DNA of 14,557 bases from the NCBI GenBank assembly GCA_016840035.1, contig JAEOTC010000286.1, forward strand, positions 1 to 14,557. Reading direction: 5' to 3'. The position numbers and the translations under genes are program-made. This DNA is from Candidatus Hodarchaeota archaeon. GTDB taxonomy: Archaea; Asgardarchaeota; Heimdallarchaeia; Hodarchaeales; Hodarchaeaceae. The notes under the pieces were generated by a model. That model saw only the letters and a list, made by a program, of their open reading frames with translations. It ran no database searches and was not told where the DNA came from. Numbering within the stretch: position 1 is the first letter of the stretch; every line of letters starts with the position of its first letter. This document shows positions 1 through 5,861 of this stretch, piece by piece.

Positions 1-2
1 AA

Positions 3-1037
3 TCAGATTTATACGGCAAACATTTAATTTGTACACAGGATTGGACTAAACATGAATTAGATCTCGTTTTAGATCTTGCAGGAAGGATGAAACGAGACCG
101 TTTCGCGTATTCAAGCGTTTTAGAGAACAAAACCTTTTTCATGTTTTTTTATAATCCAAGTGTTCGTACTCGACAGAGCTTCGAAGTTGCTGCAACAGAA
201 CTTGGAGGGCATGCTCAATTTCTAGAACCGAAAGCAATGCGGTTAAAAACAGAAAAAACTGCCGGTGAAACGGTAGAAGATGCTGCTCAAGTTATGTCCA
301 GGTATGCCCATGGATTAGGAATACGAATTCTTGAGGATAAAGTCGGTGAGTATGGACAAGGGGAAAATTTACTGAGAGAGTACGCAAAATGGTCTTCAAT
401 TCCGATTATATCAATGGCACATGATAAATATCACCCATGCCAAGGATTAGCCGATGTTATGGGCTGGTCTGAATGGTTCCACCGCGGACCACAATATCCA
501 CCTGATTGGAAGACATTAAAAAGTAAAAAATTATTAGTTACTTGGGGTCATGGAGCATTAGCTCGTTCTTGGTGTTCGGTACAAGAAGCCATGCTTATTG
601 GATCTCGTTATGGAATGGAAGTTACTGTAGCTAATCCTGAAGGATTCGATCTTGATCCAGAAGTCATTAAATGGACTGAGCAAAATTGTAATGAAAATGA
701 TGCCCATTTCGACACAACCAACCATGTCACAGATGGGTATAAAGGAGCCCATGTTGTATATTCACGTCATTGGATGTCACCCGAAGCCTATCAGGATGGT
801 GAGTTTTTAAAACAAAAAGAAGTTGAAAAAGCTTTAAAATATCCTGAATGGATTTGTGATAGTAAAAAGATGGCCCTAAGTAATAATGCAATCTATACTC
901 ATCCAATGCCGATAGATAGAGGTCATGAAGTCACTGATGAAGTTGCTTCCGGCCCTCGTTCTTGTATATACGATGTGGCTGAAAATCGTTTGCATGTTCA
1001 AAAAGCAATCATGGCCCTTACCATGGGAGGATTTTAG
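3..1037 (+). CDS. Aspartate/ornithine carbamoyltransferase family protein, closest in overall pattern to N-acetylornithine carbamoyltransferase (ArgF'-like); 5'-truncated by the window edge
   Basis: The frame is open upstream of the ATG at 87 back to position 3 (SDLYGKHLICTQDWTKHELDLVLDLAGR), matching the typical 'kHfl.tqDwt..El' transcarbamylase N-terminus, so the true start is just outside the window. Motifs: FYNPSVRTRQSFE (SxRT carbamoyl-phosphate motif), HPCQ, HPMP (HxxP), AENRLHVQKAIM. Confidence 0.9.
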   Translation, partial: SDLYGKHLICTQDWTKHELDLVLDLAGRMKRDRFAYSSVLENKTFFMFFYNPSVRTRQSFEVAATELGGHAQFLEPKAMRLKTEKTAGETVEDAAQVMSRYAHGLGIRILEDKVGEYGQGENLLREYAKWSSIPIISMAHDKYHPCQGLADVMGWSEWFHRGPQYPPDWKTLKSKKLLVTWGHGALARSWCSVQEAMLIGSRYGMEVTVANPEGFDLDPEVIKWTEQNCNENDAHFDTTNHVTDGYKGAHVVYSRHWMSPEAYQDGEFLKQKEVEKALKYPEWICDSKKMALSNNAIYTHPMPIDRGHEVTDEVASGPRSCIYDVAENRLHVQKAIMALTMGGF

Positions 1038-1050
1038 CCTCCCATTTATT
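1023..1050 (+). terminator. Hairpin spanning the carbamoyltransferase stop codon, possible terminator
   Basis: ATGGGAGG (1023-1030), 7-nt loop ATTTTAG containing the TAG stop, CCTCCCAT (1038-1045): a perfect 8-bp stem followed by TTATT. Confidence 0.4.
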
Positions 1051-1136
1051 CTCCCAATAACAGTTTTCCATTACTCATGGACGTATTAGTTCTAAGAAGC
1101 TAAAGTATTTATTTTTACACCACAGAATCTCTCTTA

Positions 1137-1143
1137 GAGGAGG
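1137..1143 (+). promoter_or_regulatory. Shine-Dalgarno site of the zinc-ribbon gene
   Basis: GAGGAGG 7 nt upstream of the ATG at 1151. Confidence 0.7.
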
Positions 1144-1150
1144 ATTAACT

Positions 1151-1480
1151 ATGATGGGTTTCCAAACTTGTCCCAAGTGTAACCACTCAAGGATTGCTGG
1201 TCCTCATAGAGTTCATGCGGACCGAGGTCATTCTAAAATCGATTTACCAGGACTATCTACTGCAACTTTACAGGCCTTTACCTGTATTAATTGCGGATAT
1301 ACAGAATTATATGCTGATCGAATGGGCAGAGATAATATTAAAAGATCAGGCCGTTTTACCTCAAGGCCTAGAACTAGTTCTAGCTCAAGAAGCCGTCGAG
1401 ATGATGTTTGTCTTACCTGTGGAGCACTGATCAGTGGAGAAACGATTTTCTGTCACGATTGTGGTAGCAAACTGGTTTGA
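1151..1480 (+). CDS. Double zinc-ribbon protein
   Basis: Four CxxC motifs: CPKC...CINCGYTELY (N-terminal nucleic-acid-binding-type ribbon) and CLTCG...FCHDCGSKL (C-terminal ribbon), joined by an Arg/Ser-rich linker. Strong SD upstream. Confidence 0.8.
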   Translation: MMGFQTCPKCNHSRIAGPHRVHADRGHSKIDLPGLSTATLQAFTCINCGYTELYADRMGRDNIKRSGRFTSRPRTSSSSRSRRDDVCLTCGALISGETIFCHDCGSKLV

Positions 1481-1508
1481 GTTCCAAGCTTGTGGCAAAA
1501 ACAGTTAA

Positions 1509-2333
1509 CTATTCCATGCCAAAATAAGCTTTTGCACTTTTTATGCCCCTCTCAATGATTGCAACATCTTCAGGATATAACTGAGCAAGATTTGCTCGGA
1601 TTGCCTTTTCTGCACGAGTCAAGAAAGTAAAATTCTTGGAACGAGTTGATTCGATAAGAAGTCTAACATTATCAAAAATCACATTGTCCACCACTCCTGA
1701 AGGTTTCCCTGAACTTAACTGGGAAAATGTATTCCGTGCTTTCTCCACCCCTCCCGAAATTAGATCACAAAGTATCGCACATGAATAATTAGAGGCGGCA
1801 TATTCGAGAAAATTTAATTCTAAGTTTTTATTTCCAGCTTCAATATAATCATTCCTTGATTCCTGGAAATGAATCCGAGTAAGGTCTTCTGCTGTTTTTC
1901 GGGGAGGAGGCGGTGAAGTTGGGGCCTTTTCAAGAATACTCGATCCAAAGCTTCGATTGCGTAATTCCGCTTGGATTTCATTGGTTATGTCTTCATTGCC
2001 TAAAATTTGTGAAGGAGGGGCCTCTGATTGATCTGACTGCCTCGGTGATCGTCTTGAATCTTGAAAAGGTGGTGGGGCAAATTCGGATGGAGGAGATTGA
2101 TCAAATGGAGGGGGTGAAAAATCTCTGGATGCACCAGGTAACTCAGGAAGAGTGGGTTTTGTTACTTTTTGGGGAGTTCGTGGTGGTCGTGTGATTTCGG
2201 GAGGTTTGGTTGGTACTGACTCATATAAATCCCCCAATGCCTTCTGAAAATTCTTATCAACTTTTTTGGATAGATCAGGAGGTGTAGGCAAGTCTTTTTT
2301 CTTCTTTTTTTTCCTTCCAAAACCTAGGGGCAA
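1509..2333 (-). CDS. Hypothetical protein: polybasic N-terminus, Pro-rich disordered region, C-terminal alpha-helical (TPR/SNAP-like) domain
   Basis: 274-aa ORF with TTG start and GGTGAG SD (2342-2347, minus strand). MPLGFGRKKKKKK N-terminus, about 140 aa Pro/Ser-rich, then an amphipathic helical domain. Confidence 0.8.
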   Translation of the reverse strand: MPLGFGRKKKKKKDLPTPPDLSKKVDKNFQKALGDLYESVPTKPPEITRPPRTPQKVTKPTLPELPGASRDFSPPPFDQSPPSEFAPPPFQDSRRSPRQSDQSEAPPSQILGNEDITNEIQAELRNRSFGSSILEKAPTSPPPPRKTAEDLTRIHFQESRNDYIEAGNKNLELNFLEYAASNYSCAILCDLISGGVEKARNTFSQLSSGKPSGVVDNVIFDNVRLLIESTRSKNFTFLTRAEKAIRANLAQLYPEDVAIIERGIKSAKAYFGME

Positions 2334-2481
2334 TTTTACAACTCACCAGTAGAAATCTCAAATTTCTTTACTCAAGCAACACCTTTCAAAATTCAGGGGT
2401 TCTCAATATGATGGATGTTTCTGGATTTATAATGATTTATATTTGGAGAAAAGAAATTGAAATCGAAATTAAATTTAACCT

Positions 2482-2964
2482 TCAGGTTCCTTCAGTAATT
2501 TTCAACCACTCACGTTCTCCAAAATAATCATCAAGCCATTTGAGATTAAGATACTTACTAGTAAGATATACTAAATGTCCTCCACACTTGTTTTTGCAAT
2601 CAGAGCTTCCAAAGTTCGAAAGAATAGCGATTTCGACATCTTTAGAGAAAGCAGCTAAATTTTGACATTCAGTACTCCGTTCATCAAGATTGAGATATGC
2701 ACGGTGAAGAACAATGGCGGAATGAGTGGTTAGATAATCGATGTGCCAAAAATTTTTCTTTTTTGTTGTGAAGTGCCGTTTCACTCTATTGCGCAATGAA
2801 TTGGAAGTTAAACCTTTTGCTGATCCAAAATAGAGAAGTAAGCCAGGTTGAAAAGTCCATTTCAATTGTTTGATCCGAATTTGAAACTTTTCTATAGCCT
2901 CTAGTACAAGAATGTACGTTCCTCGTTGATCTGCTATCTCATCCGGTCCATTTAACTGAGACAC
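2482..2964 (-). CDS. DUF123 / Uri-superfamily GIY-YIG-type endonuclease
   Basis: GTYILVLE...PGLLLYFGSAKG...LRNRVKRHF...KKKNFWHIDYL...EC...FGSSDCKNKCGGHL follows the archaeal DUF123 motif order. GTG start with GAGAGG SD. Confidence 0.85.
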   Translation of the reverse strand: MSQLNGPDEIADQRGTYILVLEAIEKFQIRIKQLKWTFQPGLLLYFGSAKGLTSNSLRNRVKRHFTTKKKNFWHIDYLTTHSAIVLHRAYLNLDERSTECQNLAAFSKDVEIAILSNFGSSDCKNKCGGHLVYLTSKYLNLKWLDDYFGEREWLKITEGT

Positions 2965-3042
2965 AAATAATTCCTCTCAAGATTCAAGTTTAAAGCAGTA
3001 TCTTTCATTGGATTCGTTAGCAATTAGTCTGATGTTCTTTGC

Positions 3043-3885
3043 ATGAATGGTCTAGAGAATGAAAAATCTTGGTTGTTTTATCATCAAGAGCAATTAAGAT
3101 ATCGTACTACTGGTTCACCCACTATACGGGTGAAATTTTTTCATTATCCTCCCTATAGACAGAGAGTGAATCTTCTTCAAGCACCGTTGGATTGTAAACT
3201 TCATTCCAAAAAGTTAAACTCATATTTTGTCTATATGAAAAAGGTTAATCCACGTGGTTCAATTTATTTTAACAGAAAGGTGCAAATCGAACCAATAGAA
3301 AAACGAATTTCTTTACAAGAGGATTGGGGAAGCATCTCAGAGATACCATTGGAAGAAAGACAAAAGTATGCTGAAAGTTCCCACTATTGGCCTCTTCAGA
3401 GTTCTGTATTAGATGAAATTGTGAACACAGGATGGTTTAACAAGGAAAAGTTGAATACATGGGTTAAAAACGCGAGTTTATATGTGATCAATTCAATAAA
3501 AGTGAGAGAAAAACAAGAAAAACGTTTGGGAGCACAACAGGCATTAACTAAAGGAGTTGGGGATTGTGATGAATTTACAGATTTATTTGTCACTCTTTCA
3601 CGCTTAAGAGGAATTCCATCACGACGATTAACTGGGTTTTTTGTTACAGATAACGGGAATTCAGTGGAGGGTCATGCATGGGCTGAAGTTTTTTCTCCTA
3701 AGATGTCTTGGATACCAGTGGATATAGCTATGAATAATATTGGTTCACACACTGGAAGTTATGTGATTGTAAAAGTGGAAGAATTTAACCCAGCTCTTGC
3801 AGATTATCAGGTAAATATCAAACATACTAGTTCTGTAACTCACGAATGGATTCAAACACCCCCTAGTGTTACACGGACAGACTAA
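3043..3885 (+). CDS. Transglutaminase-like (Cys-His-Asp) domain protein
   Basis: GVGDCDEFTDLFVTLSRLRGIPSRRLTGF, GHAWAEVF and WIPVD form an intact transglutaminase-like core. No signal peptide evident. Confidence 0.9.
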   Translation: MNGLENEKSWLFYHQEQLRYRTTGSPTIRVKFFHYPPYRQRVNLLQAPLDCKLHSKKLNSYFVYMKKVNPRGSIYFNRKVQIEPIEKRISLQEDWGSISEIPLEERQKYAESSHYWPLQSSVLDEIVNTGWFNKEKLNTWVKNASLYVINSIKVREKQEKRLGAQQALTKGVGDCDEFTDLFVTLSRLRGIPSRRLTGFFVTDNGNSVEGHAWAEVFSPKMSWIPVDIAMNNIGSHTGSYVIVKVEEFNPALADYQVNIKHTSSVTHEWIQTPPSVTRTD

Positions 3886-3891
3886 GGAGTA

Positions 3892-4389
3892 ATGTACGGT
3901 TTAATGACAAACATCAAGAAAGTATTTGCGTATCTAACGAAAAATGCTCATCTATTAGTGTTTGAACATCCAGATCCTGTGACAGGTATTCCTATTCCTG
4001 AGGCTGGAATTCAAGTACCTGGTGGAAGTGTTGAGAGAGGTGAAAGTTTAGAAACCGCCGTTAAGCGTGAACTTAGGGAGGAGACTGGGCTAGAAAAAGT
4101 AACCTTACAGAGTTATTTAGGCAAAATATTTCATAATTACGACCCTTCAGTCTATGGAATTAAACTGACACATGAACGTCATTTCTTCCATTTTTGCTGT
4201 GAGGAAGAAACACCCCCAATATGGACGACAATTGAAAGAACTCCAAGTATAGATCCTGGTCATAAAATAATTCTTAAATATCGATGGGTAGATCTGAGAC
4301 AGGAAATATCTGAATTGATTGCTGGACAGGGCGCTATGCTTCCGGGGTTAGTGAAGAATTTAAATTTCCAAGGAGAACAATCTGGATAG
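3892..4389 (+). CDS. NUDIX hydrolase
   Basis: Nudix box GGSVERGESLETAVKRELREETGL. Starts 6 nt after the transglutaminase stop, with an AGGAG SD. Confidence 0.92.
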   Translation: MYGLMTNIKKVFAYLTKNAHLLVFEHPDPVTGIPIPEAGIQVPGGSVERGESLETAVKRELREETGLEKVTLQSYLGKIFHNYDPSVYGIKLTHERHFFHFCCEEETPPIWTTIERTPSIDPGHKIILKYRWVDLRQEISELIAGQGAMLPGLVKNLNFQGEQSG

Positions 4390-4423
4390 GTTTGTGAACA
4401 AAAAGGCGTTCTTACTAGAGAAT

Positions 4424-5854
4424 TCATAAAATCTCTTCATTTAGCTGAATGATTTTACTCATTCCTAATCTTTCACGTTGAATTAAGCGTTTTGATTCAA
4501 GCCTGGAAATCAACCGTGACATTGTGACTTTAGAAACTCCTAGATGATTTGCTAATGTTTGTTGGTTCATATTACCAAAATTATACAGAAGTTCAAGAAC
4601 TTTCAATTCATTTTTAGGAAGAATAGACTCCCAACGGTTTTTTATAGAGCTCCAAGATAGCACACGGCTTTCATTGATGCCATTATAAGATAATGTGGTT
4701 TTTATTGGATCACTTGCACCCATATATTGAGGTGGCACTTGTTTCTTTATTTGATTAATGAATTGTTTAATATTTAATCTCTGGTAATACAGAAGTATTG
4801 GAATTACTGCAATAATTATGGAAAGTGAAAAAAGAAAGAAAAAAATATCGAAGAATTGAATATTTGCTCCAACGGTCACTGGAATCTCAATTACATCGAT
4901 TGGATAGATATCATGAGAACCAATAATCTTGATAAGAATCGTATCACCCAAACCAGAAGTCACTTGCGAATTGATTAAAAAGAGAATTCCTCTAGTTTCA
5001 TTGATCATAAGCCAAAAATTACCAGTGACATTACAATCTATCCAAGTGGGTGTGTTTATTTCTATGTTAAGATTGAAAGAACCAAGATTTTGGATTTGAA
5101 GTTCAATTCGTTGATTAATACTGACATTCCAATCAATTTTGCTAATTTCTAACAGATTTGGGTTTTCTGTTTTAGGATATACCCAAAATGTACCATTAAA
5201 TCCGCTACATGCCATGCTTGCCCATTCATATCCTACTATATTGCCATCATTGTCTTTCTCTGGATTTCCTAGTTGACTTTCAGGGACATTATATTCAACT
5301 AGATCAATTATGCTGGCATCTAAGAAAATAGTAGTAGATTGCTGGTCAATCCACGCCCCCCAATCGATTCCTAAGCGGTATGTATATAGACCTGAAGTAT
5401 AAGATTGACAATTTCCAACATAGCTCCCTCTTAATTTTGTTTTTTCTCCTATAGGCAATTCTAAATCACTTTGAAAAAGACAATATTGAGTATCATTCTT
5501 ATAGAATAACGAATCATTCAGTAAATATATTTTATCATCAGGATAGTCAGGGAAATATAAATAAGGTGTGCTGATTGAACTATCTGGAAAACTAACGTTT
5601 CCCATTATCTCTCCATTCGAACTATATTCATTTCCAATTATTAATAGGTCAAAAGTACATGTGTATCGTCCTTCTGCTAAAAGAGTAAAATATATAGTGG
5701 CCGTACTAATTGATAGATTTGTTTCATAGAGTTCCTCCTCATTAACCAAGGGAAAGGGATAATTTGACGAAATATTCAAAAAATGGAAATTCCATGTCAA
5801 TAGAAAAGAAAGAAGTAGTATTTTTTTGAAATGAATCTCCATGTGAATCTTCAA
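4424..5854 (-). CDS. Single-pass membrane protein with extracellular beta-rich domain and C-terminal cytoplasmic winged-HTH (MarR-like) domain
   Basis: Signal-like N-terminus (KKILLLSFLLTW), about 300-aa beta-rich region, TM FFDIFFFLFSLSIIIAVIPILLYY, then LPKNELKVLELL...MNQQTLANHLGVSKVTMSRLISRLESKRLIQRERLGMSKIIQL. The start could be TTG 5854 or ATG 5842. Confidence 0.85.
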   Translation of the reverse strand: MKIHMEIHFKKILLLSFLLTWNFHFLNISSNYPFPLVNEEELYETNLSISTATIYFTLLAEGRYTCTFDLLIIGNEYSSNGEIMGNVSFPDSSISTPYLYFPDYPDDKIYLLNDSLFYKNDTQYCLFQSDLELPIGEKTKLRGSYVGNCQSYTSGLYTYRLGIDWGAWIDQQSTTIFLDASIIDLVEYNVPESQLGNPEKDNDGNIVGYEWASMACSGFNGTFWVYPKTENPNLLEISKIDWNVSINQRIELQIQNLGSFNLNIEINTPTWIDCNVTGNFWLMINETRGILFLINSQVTSGLGDTILIKIIGSHDIYPIDVIEIPVTVGANIQFFDIFFFLFSLSIIIAVIPILLYYQRLNIKQFINQIKKQVPPQYMGASDPIKTTLSYNGINESRVLSWSSIKNRWESILPKNELKVLELLYNFGNMNQQTLANHLGVSKVTMSRLISRLESKRLIQRERLGMSKIIQLNEEIL

Positions 5855-5861
5855 TCCATTA

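Noticed and set aside
558-752. 64-aa minus-strand ORF
   Set aside because: Antisense inside the carbamoyltransferase with no recognisable motif.
1194-1430. 78-aa alternative-frame ORF
   Set aside because: Nested in the zinc-ribbon gene, which has the SD and the Cys motifs.
1913-2194. 93-aa plus-strand ORF
   Set aside because: Antisense shadow of the Pro-rich coding region.
2295-2312. A-rich runs (up to A8 on the coding strand) as a phase-variation switch
   Set aside because: Explained by the poly-Lys codons; the reading frame is intact and there is no evidence of slippage.
2424-2441. GATTTATA direct repeat at 10-bp spacing upstream of the Pro-rich gene
   Set aside because: Short AT-rich repeat, plausible by chance in this composition.
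2482-2964. GIY-YIG gene as a homing endonuclease or mobile element
   Set aside because: DUF123-type stand-alone archaeal family; no intron, intein or terminal repeats are visible.
3396-3593. 65-aa minus-strand ORF
   Set aside because: Antisense to the transglutaminase core.
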